A stretch of 64,000 nt of DNA from an uncultured Verrucomicrobiae bacterium (GTDB lineage Bacteria; Verrucomicrobiota; Verrucomicrobiia; Chthoniobacterales; UBA10450), in the NCBI GenBank assembly GCA_963726745.1, contig CAVSDR010000003.1:512001-576000 (forward strand), given 5' to 3'. Below are positions 41,008 through 51,215 of this stretch, piece after piece. The notes beneath the pieces are model-generated. The model was not told where the DNA came from and did no database searches. It saw only the letters and a list, made by a program, of their open reading frames with translations. Position 1 is the first letter of the stretch; the number at the start of each line of letters is the position of its first letter. The position numbers and the translations under genes were made by a program.

Positions 41008-42089
41008 GCGTTGGTATATCGCTCCATGGTATCCGCGACAAGCGCAGCGGCGTTTTTTGGCGCGAGGCGCGCGCTCTTTTCCGCCATCTGCCGGCGGCGC
41101 GGCTCGTCCTCGAGTAATTCGCGAATGGTGCGCGCGAGCGCGTCGCCCGCGAGATCGGCTTCACGCACGAGCAGCGCCGCCTCGGCGCGGGCGAAAATCT
41201 CGGCGTTGCGCGTCTGGTGATCGTCGGCCGCGTAGGGAAACGGGATCAAGATTGAGGCGAGTGAAAAGGCCGCCAATTCCGTGAGGCTGGCCGCGCCGGA
41301 GCGGGCGATCGCGAAGTCGGCCGCGCTGTAGACTTCCTCCATTCGATGATGAAAAGCGGCCACGAAGGCGGGGATTTTTTCGCGCTGATAATTATCCGCC
41401 AGGAGACGTTCGTCGCGCGCGCCCGTGAGGTGGATCACCTGCAGCGGCACGCCCTGAAGCGCGGGGAGCGCGCGGATCATCGCCTGGTTGATTCCGGTCG
41501 CGCCCTGGCTCCCGCCCATGACCAAAAGCGTCGGCAAATTCTCCTCCAGGCCAAGCCGGCGGCGCGCTTCGCTGCGCTCGATCCGCTGGAGATCGGTGCG
41601 CACCGGCGTGCCGGTAAATTCCGTGCGCACTTTCGGGAAAAAGGGCGCGCATTCGGCGAAGCCAAGCAGGACCGCGCGGACCATGCGCGCGGTCAGGCGA
41701 TTGGCCTTTCCGGGCACGGCGTTCGACTCGTGGATGAAGGTGGGAATCTTGCGCATCCGCCCGGCGAGCACCGGCGCGGTGGAAGTGAAGCCGCCCATGC
41801 CGAGGACAACGTGGGGTTGAAATTGCCGGTAGATTTGGCGGCAGCGCGTGAGGCTTTCGTGGAAGCGCTGGAGAAAGCGGACGATCGCGGGCGAGAAGGG
41901 CGAAGGCAGGCCCACCGTGGGCAGCTTTTCGAAGCGGAACTCCGGATGCTGCGAGACCGCGAGCGAGTCGATTTCCTTCTCGGAAATGAAGAGCAGCACC
42001 TCGTGGCCGCGCGCGCGCAGGACCTCCGCGACCGCCAGGCCGGGAAAGAGATGGCCGCCGGTGCCGCCGCATGCAATGACTGCGTTCAT
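41004..42089 (-). CDS. murG: Undecaprenyldiphospho-muramoylpentapeptide beta-N-acetylglucosaminyltransferase
   Basis: GGTGGH, HESN, GGSQGA, RSGA and HQTRNA motifs. Confidence 0.95.
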   Translation of the reverse strand: MNAVIACGGTGGHLFPGLAVAEVLRARGHEVLLFISEKEIDSLAVSQHPEFRFEKLPTVGLPSPFSPAIVRFLQRFHESLTRCRQIYRQFQPHVVLGMGGFTSTAPVLAGRMRKIPTFIHESNAVPGKANRLTARMVRAVLLGFAECAPFFPKVRTEFTGTPVRTDLQRIERSEARRRLGLEENLPTLLVMGGSQGATGINQAMIRALPALQGVPLQVIHLTGARDERLLADNYQREKIPAFVAAFHHRMEEVYSAADFAIARSGAASLTELAAFSLASILIPFPYAADDHQTRNAEIFARAEAALLVREADLAGDALARTIRELLEDEPRRRQMAEKSARLAPKNAAALVADTMERYTNA

Positions 42090-42091
42090 CG

Positions 42092-43237
42092 TCAAATGCG
42101 CGGAGTCAGGCGCACGGGGAGCGCGCTGCGTTTGCGGTTGATCGCGGGTTCGAGATTGCCCTGCCGATAGATGCTCAGGAGCAGGCCGACGCCAAATAAA
42201 CAGGCCGCGAGATTCGAGCCGCCGTAACTCACGAAGGGAAGCGGCAGGCCTTTATTCGGCAGGAGCGCGGTGGTCACGCCGATGTTCACCGCGGCCTGGA
42301 GCGCGAGCAGCGACACCACGCCCGAGCCGAGGAGCAGCCCGAAGCGATCGCGCGCATGGAGCGCGATCGTCATCCCGCAGACGATGATGACCACGAAGAG
42401 AAAAACAACCAGCAAGCTCACCCGCAATCCGAGTTCCTCGCCGATCATCGGGAAGATGAAATCGGTGTGCGCGTAGGGCAGGTAAGCCATCTTTTGGCGG
42501 CCGTTGCCGAGGCCCAGCCCTTCGATCCCGCCGCTGCCCCAGGCGATCAACGCCTGCATCTGCTGCAGGCCGGCATCCTGCGCATACTTCTCGAGATCCA
42601 TAAACGCGAGCAGCCGGCTCATGCGCTCGGGCATGGTCATGGCCGCGACCAAAATTCCGCCAACCCCGGCGAGCGCGAGCCCGGCCAGCACGATCCCATT
42701 CGCCCCCGCGATGAACATCATCGCGAAGGCGGTCGCGCCGATGAGCGCGGTCGAGCCGAGGTCGACCTCGAAGACGATCAAGGCCAGCAAACCACCGACG
42801 ATCGCGAGCGGAATGGCGAAACCCTGGAGGAGCTTGCCGCTGGCCTTTTCATGTTTCGAATACCACCAGGCGAGAAAGAAAATAGCCGACACTTTCGCCA
42901 GCTCGGAGGGCTGAAAGGTCAAGCCGTGCAGCCCGATCCAGCGGCGCGAGCCGTTGATCCGCTGGCCGATTGGCGGGATGAAACAGAGCACGAGCATGAC
43001 CGCGGCAAGCCCAAACCAGATCCACCAGGTGCGCGCCCAGAAGTGGTAATCCATCAGGGCTGCGATCGTGCAGACGACCAGGCCCACGCCTAGCCAGACG
43101 GCCTGGCGTTTTACGAAATAATAGACATCGCCATGGCTATCGCGGGCAAAAGCACTGGTGCTGAAAAGCATCACCAGCCCGATGGCGAGGACGCCGAGCA
43201 CGGCCAGGAAGAGGAAATAAGCGCTTTTGCGATGCAT
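42092..43237 (-). CDS. ftsW: SEDS peptidoglycan glycosyltransferase FtsW
   Basis: NGSRRWI, FQPSELAK, AHTDFIF, GEELG and LPFVSYGGS motifs. Confidence 0.95.
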   Translation of the reverse strand: MHRKSAYFLFLAVLGVLAIGLVMLFSTSAFARDSHGDVYYFVKRQAVWLGVGLVVCTIAALMDYHFWARTWWIWFGLAAVMLVLCFIPPIGQRINGSRRWIGLHGLTFQPSELAKVSAIFFLAWWYSKHEKASGKLLQGFAIPLAIVGGLLALIVFEVDLGSTALIGATAFAMMFIAGANGIVLAGLALAGVGGILVAAMTMPERMSRLLAFMDLEKYAQDAGLQQMQALIAWGSGGIEGLGLGNGRQKMAYLPYAHTDFIFPMIGEELGLRVSLLVVFLFVVIIVCGMTIALHARDRFGLLLGSGVVSLLALQAAVNIGVTTALLPNKGLPLPFVSYGGSNLAACLFGVGLLLSIYRQGNLEPAINRKRSALPVRLTPRI

Positions 43238-43250
43238 GCGAAACGGCTGG

Positions 43251-43775
43251 CTATTTCTTCGCTTTCGCCTTGGCGGGAATGATCAGTTTCTGGCCGATCT
43301 GGAGCTTCCGGGGATCGTCGATATGATTGACCGAAAGCAGCTCGGACTCGGAAACCTTGAGCTTCTTCGCGATCTTCACCGGGTTGTCGCCTTTCGCCAC
43401 CGTGTAGGTGTTTGCGCTCTCGTTGGCGACCGGGAGCGCGCGCGGGATCGCGCTCTCCTCTTCGCCCTTCGCCGCGGAGGCGGCGACCGCGCCGGCCGGG
43501 GTGCTGTCAGTTTTCGCAGCCGGCGTGCTCGCGGCGACGGCGGCCGGCGGGAAAGCGCCCTGCCGGCTCTTGATCGTGTTAAAGGCGATGATCCCCGCCA
43601 CGGCGACGACATGCAGGATGAGCACGATCAAAAGCGCGCGCGAAAGCTTCATGTTCGGCTCCGCCATTTCCTCGAAGTCGGCATCGTCATTTCCCGCGAA
43701 ACGACGAGCGGTGGAAGCGCGGAGTTTTTTCTTCGGACGACTGAAGACGGCGAGGGTGAATTTCGGGATTTTCAT
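43251..43775 (-). CDS. Membrane-anchored LysM-domain protein
   Basis: TM ALLIVLILHVVAVAGIIAF and C-terminal LysM YTVAKGDN..IAKK..LQIGQKLIIP; overlaps the murD stop. Confidence 0.88.
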   Translation of the reverse strand: MKIPKFTLAVFSRPKKKLRASTARRFAGNDDADFEEMAEPNMKLSRALLIVLILHVVAVAGIIAFNTIKSRQGAFPPAAVAASTPAAKTDSTPAGAVAASAAKGEEESAIPRALPVANESANTYTVAKGDNPVKIAKKLKVSESELLSVNHIDDPRKLQIGQKLIIPAKAKAKK

Positions 43776-45109
43776 GAGCGAGATTTTTTGAGCGCGTGGA
43801 CCAACGCGCGGAATTGATCGCCGCGGTCGGCGTAGCTTTTGAACATGTCGAACGAGGAAGTTCCGGGAGAGAAAAGGACGACCTCGCCGGGCTGCGCGAG
43901 CGCGTGTGCGCGCTCCACCGCATCGGCAATCGAGACCGCGATCGTGCATTGCGTGGTCTCCTCCCAATCGCGGCAGATGCGTTCCGCCATTTCGCCGATG
44001 AGCACGGTCGCGCGGACCTTCTCCTGCACCAGCGGACGCAGCGTCTCGTATTCGAAGCCTTTGTCTTTCCCGCCAGCGATCAAGATCACCGGCTTGGTCT
44101 GCGCGAGGAGCGCCTTCTCGACCGCGTCGAGGTTGGTCGCCTTGGAATCGTTGATGTAGGTGACGTCGTCGAGCTCGCGCACGAATTCGAGCCGATGCGG
44201 CCGCGGCTGATACTCACAGAGCGGCGGGACCATCTGGGCAAAGGTGAGCCCGCGCGCGAGGCCCACCGCCAGCGTGGCCATGAGGTTTTCGAGGTTGTGC
44301 GAGCCGCGCAGTTTCGTCTCCGCGAGGCGCAGGACGGTCTCGCCGCGATAAACGATCGCGCCCTCCGCGAGGCGGAAGTCGGCCTGGTCTTCGTAAGCGC
44401 TGAACGTGGTCACCTGCGCCTGGAGCGGCGGCATCTCCTCGGCCGCGTTCAGCACCGCGAAGTCGTCGGCGGTTTGGTAATCGAAAATGCGCAGCTTGGC
44501 CGCGCGGTATTCGCCTAACGAGCGGTAGCGATCGAGATGGTCCGGGGCGAAATTGAGCCAGACGGCGATCGACGGCCGGAAGGTGCTGATGGTCTCGAGC
44601 TGGAAGGAGCTGACCTCGACCGTGATCACGTCGAGGTCGCGCCCTTCGCGCGCCACTTCCGAGAGCGGCTTGCCAATGTTGCCGCAGGCGATCGTGCGCT
44701 GCCCGCAGGCATTGAGCATTTGCGCGAGCAACTCGGTCGTCGTGGTCTTGCCGTTGGTCCCGGTGATTGCGATCACCGGCACCTGGTTGAGCGAACGCCA
44801 GCCCAGCTCGAGCTCGCCGATCATCTCCACTCCGCGCGCGGAAAAATTCTGCGCCAGCGGCGTGGCCGGATCGATTCCCGGGCTGAGCACAATCACTTCG
44901 TAGTGCGCCGAGTCTTTCTCCGCGGCTGCCCCGCAGACAACTTCGATCCCGCGCGCACGCAGGCCTTCGATCGTGGTCTTGAGAATCGTCTGCTCCTCCG
45001 CGCTATCGAGCACGGTCACAGCCGCGCCCTCATCCTTCAGCAAGTGCGCCGCAGCAGTGCCGCTGAGGCCCGCGCCGAGGACGGCAACTTTTCGGTCGGT
45101 GTAACGCAT
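43772..45109 (-). CDS. murD: UDP-N-acetylmuramoyl-L-alanine--D-glutamate ligase
   Basis: GTNGKTTT, EVSSFQL, DHLDRY and NDSKATN motifs. Confidence 0.95.
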   Translation of the reverse strand: MRYTDRKVAVLGAGLSGTAAAHLLKDEGAAVTVLDSAEEQTILKTTIEGLRARGIEVVCGAAAEKDSAHYEVIVLSPGIDPATPLAQNFSARGVEMIGELELGWRSLNQVPVIAITGTNGKTTTTELLAQMLNACGQRTIACGNIGKPLSEVAREGRDLDVITVEVSSFQLETISTFRPSIAVWLNFAPDHLDRYRSLGEYRAAKLRIFDYQTADDFAVLNAAEEMPPLQAQVTTFSAYEDQADFRLAEGAIVYRGETVLRLAETKLRGSHNLENLMATLAVGLARGLTFAQMVPPLCEYQPRPHRLEFVRELDDVTYINDSKATNLDAVEKALLAQTKPVILIAGGKDKGFEYETLRPLVQEKVRATVLIGEMAERICRDWEETTQCTIAVSIADAVERAHALAQPGEVVLFSPGTSSFDMFKSYADRGDQFRALVHALKKSRS

Positions 45110-46209
45110 TATCGCAGTTTCAAGGTGGCCAGCCCAAGGAGGGCGAAGACGGCGGAGAGAATCCAGAACCGCACGATGACGGTGTTTTCCTTCCAGCCGC
45201 TGAGTTCGAAATGGTGATGGATCGGCGACATTAAGAAGATGCGCTTGCCGGTGGTCTTGAAGCTCAGGACCTGGAGGATCACGGAGACGGCCTCGATCAC
45301 GAAGACGCCGCCGACCACGGTCAGCAGCAGCTCCTGTTTACAACAGATCGCGACCACGCCGATGAGCCCGCCGATCGCGAGCGAGCCGGTGTCGCCCATG
45401 AAAACTTTAGCCGGGTGACAATTGAACCAAAGAAAGCCAAGACCCGCGCCGACGAGCGCCGCGCAGACGATCGTGAGTTCGCCGGTGAAGGGATAAAACG
45501 GGACCTGCAAATACTCGGCGATCTTGAAATTGCCGCCGGCATAACTCAGCAGCGCGTAGGCAAACGCGACCGTGATCGTGCAGCCGATCGCAAGGCCGTC
45601 GAGCCCGTCCGTGAGGTTGACCGCGTTCGACGAGCCGGCGATCACGATCGCGAAAAAGAGGAAGGTGAAGAGGCCCATGTTCGCCAGCACCGGCGCCTTG
45701 AAAAACGGCAGGTAGAGCGAACGTGCCTGCACCTCGATCAAAGGATTCGTTAGGAAAACCAGCGTGACCACGCCCGCGACCGCGAGTTGCACGAGTAGCT
45801 TCACGCGACCGCTGATCCCGTCGGATTTTTTCTTTGTGACCTTGAGGTAGTCGTCGGCAAAACCGAGCACGCCGAGCGTGGTCATGGCAAAGAGCGCGAG
45901 CCAGACGAAGCGATTATCCGGGCGCGCCCAAAGGACGCTGGAAACGAAAACCGCACCGATGATGAGGACGCCGCCCATCGTCGGCACGCCCTTCTTCCCG
46001 CCGTGCAATTCCGCCAGGCGATGCACTTCCGCGGCGGTGCGGATCGGTTGGCCGACCTTTAGCGAGATGAGCTTGCGGATGATGAGATTGCCGAAGACGA
46101 GTGTGAGCGTGAAAGCGGTGATCGCCGCCGCCACCGAGCGAAAAGTGACGTAGCTGAAGACGTTGAAACCGCCGATGCGCTCGCTCAGGAGATGGAGGTA
46201 AAACATCAT
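45109..46209 (-). CDS. mraY: Phospho-N-acetylmuramoyl-pentapeptide transferase
   Basis: PTMGG, NAVNLTDGLDGL, FMGDTGS and PIHHHFE motifs. Confidence 0.96.
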   Translation of the reverse strand: MMFYLHLLSERIGGFNVFSYVTFRSVAAAITAFTLTLVFGNLIIRKLISLKVGQPIRTAAEVHRLAELHGGKKGVPTMGGVLIIGAVFVSSVLWARPDNRFVWLALFAMTTLGVLGFADDYLKVTKKKSDGISGRVKLLVQLAVAGVVTLVFLTNPLIEVQARSLYLPFFKAPVLANMGLFTFLFFAIVIAGSSNAVNLTDGLDGLAIGCTITVAFAYALLSYAGGNFKIAEYLQVPFYPFTGELTIVCAALVGAGLGFLWFNCHPAKVFMGDTGSLAIGGLIGVVAICCKQELLLTVVGGVFVIEAVSVILQVLSFKTTGKRIFLMSPIHHHFELSGWKENTVIVRFWILSAVFALLGLATLKLR

Positions 46210-47597
46210 CGCGCGTGAGTCCTTTCGGCAGCGGTGCTGAAGAGCTCGAGCACGCGTTCCATGCGCGCGGTGCGACTGCCTTTGAGCAAGACGAGATCGC
46301 CCGCGCGCGTCTCCTCGGCGAGCAACTCGGCGGCGGCGGCCGCGTCCAAGACGCTGTCTGTTTTCGCGAGACCGGCAGCGCGCGCCGCGCGGGCGATCGC
46401 TTCCGCCTGCGGGCCGACGACAATCAACCGATCGATCCCAAAAGCGGCCGCGGCTTCGCCCACTTCCGCGTGGCCGCGCTCCGATTCCGTCCCGAGTTCG
46501 CCCATGTAACCGAGGACGGCGAAGCGCGTCCCCTCGGTCCGGAGCTCGATCAAGGTGCGTAAGGCAGCCTTCATCGACTCGGGATTTGCGTTGTAGCTGT
46601 CGTCGAGAAAGCGCACGCCGCGCACCTCGCGCAATTGCAGGCGCGCTTTCGTGAGCGGGGTGGAGGCGAGCCCGGCGGCGGCTTCTTCCAGCGAGATGCC
46701 AAAAGCGCGCGCGGCCGCGATCGCGAGCATGGCGTTTTGCACCATGTGCAGGCCGGGCACAGGCAATTGCACCCGGCAGCGATGCGCCCCCTCGAGCACG
46801 GTGAACTCGCTCCCGGCGGAGGTCTGGCGAATGTCCTCCGCGCGCAGGCTCCCACGCTCGATCCCGGCGCGGATGACCTTCGCGCGCGTCCGCTGCGCGA
46901 TCACTTCGCTGAAGGCGTCGTCCGCATTCAAGATGACGAAGCCCCCGGCGCCGACCGCTTCCGCGAGCACGCCTTTTTCCTGCGCGATCGCTTCGCGCGA
47001 GCCCATGAACTCGATGTGCGCGGTGCCGATGTTGGTGATGATGGCGGCGTCGGGCCGGGCAATCTTCGCGAGCGGGGCGATCTCGCCGGGGTGATTCATC
47101 CCAATCTCCCAGACGGCGATTTCATCCTGCGCGCCGGCCTCGAGGATGGTGCGCGGCAGGCCGACGTGGTTGTTGAAATTGCCTTCCGTCTTGGTCACGC
47201 GAAAGCGGCGCGCGAGCGCAGCGGCGAGGAAATCCTTCGTGCTTGTCTTCCCGTTGCTCCCGGTAATGCCGATGACTTTCAGGCCTAACGAGCGGCGATA
47301 TTCCGCCGCGATCTGCTGGTAAGCGGCCAGCGTGTCGGGCACGAGGACGACCGCCAAATTAGCCGGCAACTTCACGTCGCATTTTTCGTCGACCAAAGCC
47401 GCGCTCGCGCCGCGTTCCGCGGCCTGCGCGAGGAACTGGTGGCCATCGAAGTTCTCCCCGCGCAGCGGCACGAAAAGGTCGCCGGGCTGGAGCGTGCGCG
47501 AGTCCGTGCTCAGGCGCGTGATCTCGCTGGCAGAAGCGCCGGCAACGATTTTGCCGCCGGCCCACTCCGCGATTTGGGAAAGAGAAAGCCGCTCCAT
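46206..47597 (-). CDS. murF: UDP-N-acetylmuramoyl-tripeptide--D-alanyl-D-alanine ligase
   Basis: TGSNGKTSTK, NFNNHVGLP, EIGMNH and DSYNANP motifs. Confidence 0.95.
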   Translation of the reverse strand: MERLSLSQIAEWAGGKIVAGASASEITRLSTDSRTLQPGDLFVPLRGENFDGHQFLAQAAERGASAALVDEKCDVKLPANLAVVLVPDTLAAYQQIAAEYRRSLGLKVIGITGSNGKTSTKDFLAAALARRFRVTKTEGNFNNHVGLPRTILEAGAQDEIAVWEIGMNHPGEIAPLAKIARPDAAIITNIGTAHIEFMGSREAIAQEKGVLAEAVGAGGFVILNADDAFSEVIAQRTRAKVIRAGIERGSLRAEDIRQTSAGSEFTVLEGAHRCRVQLPVPGLHMVQNAMLAIAAARAFGISLEEAAAGLASTPLTKARLQLREVRGVRFLDDSYNANPESMKAALRTLIELRTEGTRFAVLGYMGELGTESERGHAEVGEAAAAFGIDRLIVVGPQAEAIARAARAAGLAKTDSVLDAAAAAELLAEETRAGDLVLLKGSRTARMERVLELFSTAAERTHAR

Positions 47598-49079
47598 CTA
47601 TTCGAACTCCAGGGGCTTTCCTTCGAGCGCGCGGCGGGCCACCTGGAGGTCATCGAAGGGGATCGTGTGGTCGGCAAATTCCTGGTAGGTCTCGTGGCCT
47701 TTGCCGGCGATGAGGACAATGTCGCGCGGCTGCGCGAGCATGATCGCGCGCGTGATCGCGGCGGTGCGGTCGGTGATTTTTTCGTAGCGCTCGGAGCGAA
47801 AACCTTTTTCCACCTGCGCGATGATCGCCTCGGGATCTTCCTTGCGCGGGTTGTCGGAAGTGATGATCCCGAAGTCGGCGTTTTGGTCGACCGCGGCCGC
47901 CATCAACGGGCGCTTCGCGCGGTCGCGATCGCCCCCGCAGCCGAAGACGACGATGATTTTCCGCGGCGAAAGTTCGCGCAGCGTCTTGAGGACATTGAGC
48001 AACGCGTCCGGCGTGTGCGCGTAATCCACGAAGACCTGGAATTGCCGCTTCGCCGGGACGGCCTCGAGCCGGCCGGGCACCTGCGGAGATTTCGCCAGGC
48101 TGGAGATCGCGTCCCGCAGGCTTACGCCCATGCTGCTGGCGGCGGCGAGTGCAGCCAGCGAGTTGGCGACATTGAAACGGCCGATGAGCGGCACGCGCAC
48201 GAGGTAGCTCTTTCCCTGCGCCTCGAGTTGATAGGAGGTGCCGGAAAATTCCGGGCGATAATTCGAGGCGCGGAAGTCGGCCCGCACGCCCAGGCCGTAG
48301 GTGATGACCCGGACGTCTTTCGGCAAACGGTCGAGCAACTTCTCGCCGTAGCGGTCGTCGAGGTTCACGATCGCGGTGGGCTTCTTCTTAAATTCCTGAC
48401 CCGCAAGACCGGTGAAGAGCTTGAGCTTGGCCTCGAAGTAATTCTCCATCGTGCCGTGAAAATCGAGATGGTCCTGCGTGAGATTAGTGAAGACGGCCAC
48501 GTCCCACTCGAGCCCGCGGGTGCGCTCCTGCGCGAGCGCGTGCGAGGAGACTTCCATGGCCGCGGCCTTGCAGCCGGCGTTGGCGATTTGCGCGAGGAGC
48601 TCCTGCAGCTCGAGCGACTCCGGCGTGGTCCGGATAGCCGGCAGGATGCGCTCGCCGATCTCGTAGCGCACGGTCCCGATCAAGCCGCAGCGCAGGCCAG
48701 CTTTTTCGCAGATGTGCTTGATCAAAAACGTCGTCGTCGTCTTGCCGTTGGTGCCGGTGACCGCGGCCATTTTTAGCCGGCGCATTGGGCGGTCGTAAAA
48801 GGCGGCCGCGAGATCGGCCAGGGCGGTGCGAGTGTTCTCCACGTTCACCTGCGTGACCCGCGCCTGCTGCATCGGGTGATCGACCACGATGACGGAAGCG
48901 CCGCGCTCGACCGCCTGGTCGACGAAGGCGTGGCCGTCGCTCTTCTCGCCGCGGAGCGCAACGAAGATGCTGTTCTTGCCGACGCGCCGCGAGTCGTACG
49001 CGAGGCTCTCGACCTGGCGATCGGCCGGGCCGACCACCGAACGAGTGGTGAGGCCGGCGAGAAGATTTTTAAGCAGCAT
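47598..49079 (-). CDS. murE: UDP-N-acetylmuramoyl-L-alanyl-D-glutamate--2,6-diaminopimelate ligase
   Basis: TGTNGKTT, MEVSSH, DYAHTPD and the DAP-specific DNPR motif. Confidence 0.95.
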   Translation of the reverse strand: MLLKNLLAGLTTRSVVGPADRQVESLAYDSRRVGKNSIFVALRGEKSDGHAFVDQAVERGASVIVVDHPMQQARVTQVNVENTRTALADLAAAFYDRPMRRLKMAAVTGTNGKTTTTFLIKHICEKAGLRCGLIGTVRYEIGERILPAIRTTPESLELQELLAQIANAGCKAAAMEVSSHALAQERTRGLEWDVAVFTNLTQDHLDFHGTMENYFEAKLKLFTGLAGQEFKKKPTAIVNLDDRYGEKLLDRLPKDVRVITYGLGVRADFRASNYRPEFSGTSYQLEAQGKSYLVRVPLIGRFNVANSLAALAAASSMGVSLRDAISSLAKSPQVPGRLEAVPAKRQFQVFVDYAHTPDALLNVLKTLRELSPRKIIVVFGCGGDRDRAKRPLMAAAVDQNADFGIITSDNPRKEDPEAIIAQVEKGFRSERYEKITDRTAAITRAIMLAQPRDIVLIAGKGHETYQEFADHTIPFDDLQVARRALEGKPLEFE

Positions 49080-49099
49080 GATGCGGGCGGCAGGAATTC

Positions 49100-50857
49100 C
49101 TAACGACGGGCCGGCAGGGGCAAGGAGACGCGTTCCATCGGCAGCGCACGTTTGATCTCTTCCTGCTGCGGCTCGAGATCGAGGTAGCGCGCGGCCTGCT
49201 CGGCAATGCGCGCGAAAATGGGCGCGGCCACGGTGCCGCCGTAATTCTGTTCCGGGGTCTTCGTCTTGGCGTCGTCCAGGGTGACCAGGGCGACAAAGGC
49301 CGGGTTTTCCGCAGGCATGTAGCCGGAAAAAGAGACGACATATTTGCCGTGCTCGTAGCCGCCGTTCTTGAGGTCGACTTTTTGCGCCGTGCCGGTCTTC
49401 CCCGCGATCGTAAACCCAGGCACCGCCGCGCCGGCCGCGGTCCCACGATCGCTGACCACGCCGCGGAGGGCGTCGCCGATTTGCCGCGCGGTTTGCGGGC
49501 TGATGACCTGGCGGAGGACGGTGGGCTCGGACCGGCTGACGACCTCGCCATCGGCGCGGGTGATCGAGCGGATGATGCGCGGCGTGATCAGTTTGCCGCC
49601 GTTCGCGATCGTCGCCATCGCGGTGCACATCTGCAAAGGCGAGACATCGACCTCGTGGCCCATCGGGATGCGGGTGATCGAAATCTTGCTCCAGGACTGC
49701 GGCGGATGGACCGTGCCGGAAGTCTCCGAGGGCAGCTCCACACCGGTCGGTTCGCCAAAGCCGAAGCGACGAATGTACTCGTAGAATTTCTGATCGCCGA
49801 CGGACATGGCCAGCTTGGCCGCGCCGATGTTGCTCGATTTGATCAAGATGTCCTGGACGGTGATCTCGCCGTAGCCGTGGTGATCGTGGAGCGGGCGGCC
49901 GCCGTAATTCCAGACGCCGTTTTCGCAGAAGATGGTCGTATCCGGCCGGACTTTCCCTTCGTTCAAGGCGGCCGCGGCAGTCACGATCTTGAAGGTCGAG
50001 CCCGGCTCCATCCTGTCGCTGATGGCGCGGTTTTTCATCTCTTCGGGTTTGGCCTCGGAGCGCTTGTTCAGGTCGTAATGCGGGCGATTGGCCATGGCCA
50101 GGATCTCGCCCGTGTCGGGTCGCATGAGGATGATCGTGGCCTTCTCGGGATGATATTCGCGCATGGCCGCGTCGAGCTCGTTCTCGACGATGTTCTGCAG
50201 GTGAAGATCAATCGTTAGGCTGACGCGGAAGCCGTCGCGCGGGGCGCGTTCTTGCCCGCGATAAAGCACAATCTCACGGCCGGCGCGGTCGTGTTCGATG
50301 TAGCGATAGCCATCCTGCCCGTGGAGGTAATCTTCCATCGAGGCTTCCACGCCCTCGATGCCCTTGTGGTTGAAATCGGTAAAGCCGATGACGTGGCAAA
50401 GCATCGAGCCGTTCGGGTAGACCCGGGCGGTGTCGCGCTCGAAGTATATGCCGCGCAGCTTCTCCGCGCGCAGGGCGCGCGTGATTGCCTCCGGCACCTG
50501 GCGCTTGAGCACGACATAACGCCGATCGCCGCTGAGCTTGCTGGCTAATTCCGCCGCGGGCAGGTCGAGCGCCTGCGCCAGCACCGGGACGACCTGATCG
50601 AGCTTCGTAATGTGGGTGCAATCGGCCACCACCGTTTCGACCGGGATGTTGTGCGCCAGGACCTCGCCATTCGTGTCCACGATCGCGCCCCGCTCGGCGA
50701 AGATCCCCTGCCTGTGGACGTGCTTGTCGGCCGCTTCCGCCGCGCGCGCATCGTGCTGGCTAAGCTGCAAGTAAACCAACCGGAACGAGAAGGCGCTGAA
50801 CATTACCGTGAAGGCAATGCACACAGCGGCGCAACGGGTCCGGCTGTTCCACTTCAT
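49100..50857 (-). CDS. ftsI: Penicillin-binding protein 3 (class B transpeptidase)
   Basis: STFK (SxxK), SSN (SxN) and KTGT motifs; N-terminal TM. Confidence 0.92.
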   Translation of the reverse strand: MKWNSRTRCAAVCIAFTVMFSAFSFRLVYLQLSQHDARAAEAADKHVHRQGIFAERGAIVDTNGEVLAHNIPVETVVADCTHITKLDQVVPVLAQALDLPAAELASKLSGDRRYVVLKRQVPEAITRALRAEKLRGIYFERDTARVYPNGSMLCHVIGFTDFNHKGIEGVEASMEDYLHGQDGYRYIEHDRAGREIVLYRGQERAPRDGFRVSLTIDLHLQNIVENELDAAMREYHPEKATIILMRPDTGEILAMANRPHYDLNKRSEAKPEEMKNRAISDRMEPGSTFKIVTAAAALNEGKVRPDTTIFCENGVWNYGGRPLHDHHGYGEITVQDILIKSSNIGAAKLAMSVGDQKFYEYIRRFGFGEPTGVELPSETSGTVHPPQSWSKISITRIPMGHEVDVSPLQMCTAMATIANGGKLITPRIIRSITRADGEVVSRSEPTVLRQVISPQTARQIGDALRGVVSDRGTAAGAAVPGFTIAGKTGTAQKVDLKNGGYEHGKYVVSFSGYMPAENPAFVALVTLDDAKTKTPEQNYGGTVAAPIFARIAEQAARYLDLEPQQEEIKRALPMERVSLPLPARR

Positions 50858-51213
50858 CTGCGGTTCGAGACAGGAATGAGGTCATCGCCCGACGCGGAAG
50901 GCAGCGGCACACTCAAGCGCACGATGCTTTCGTCCGGAATCGCGACCATCTTGAGATAGCCTTCCTTGAGCCGGCGCTGGAGCGCAGAGCGCGAGGTGAG
51001 CGCGGCGATCTGGACATTCGCGACTTCGTTTTCACTTCGGATCCGGGCGAGCTCGTTCTCGAGCGCCTTCTTGTTATCGCCCAAGTGATAGAGCTGGACG
51101 TTGAGGTAGACGTAGACCAATCCGGTGAGGCCGATGAAGGCCGCGAGAATGATCCAGCGCGCCAGCGAAGGCGCGTTCAGGGTATTGAATTGCGGACGGC
51201 GGGTGCGTTGCAT
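50854..51213 (-). CDS. ftsL: FtsL-like cell division protein
   Basis: Short basic tail, one TM and a coiled coil; lies between rsmH and ftsI. Confidence 0.7.
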   Translation of the reverse strand: MQRTRRPQFNTLNAPSLARWIILAAFIGLTGLVYVYLNVQLYHLGDNKKALENELARIRSENEVANVQIAALTSRSALQRRLKEGYLKMVAIPDESIVRLSVPLPSASGDDLIPVSNRR

Positions 51214-51215
51214 GG

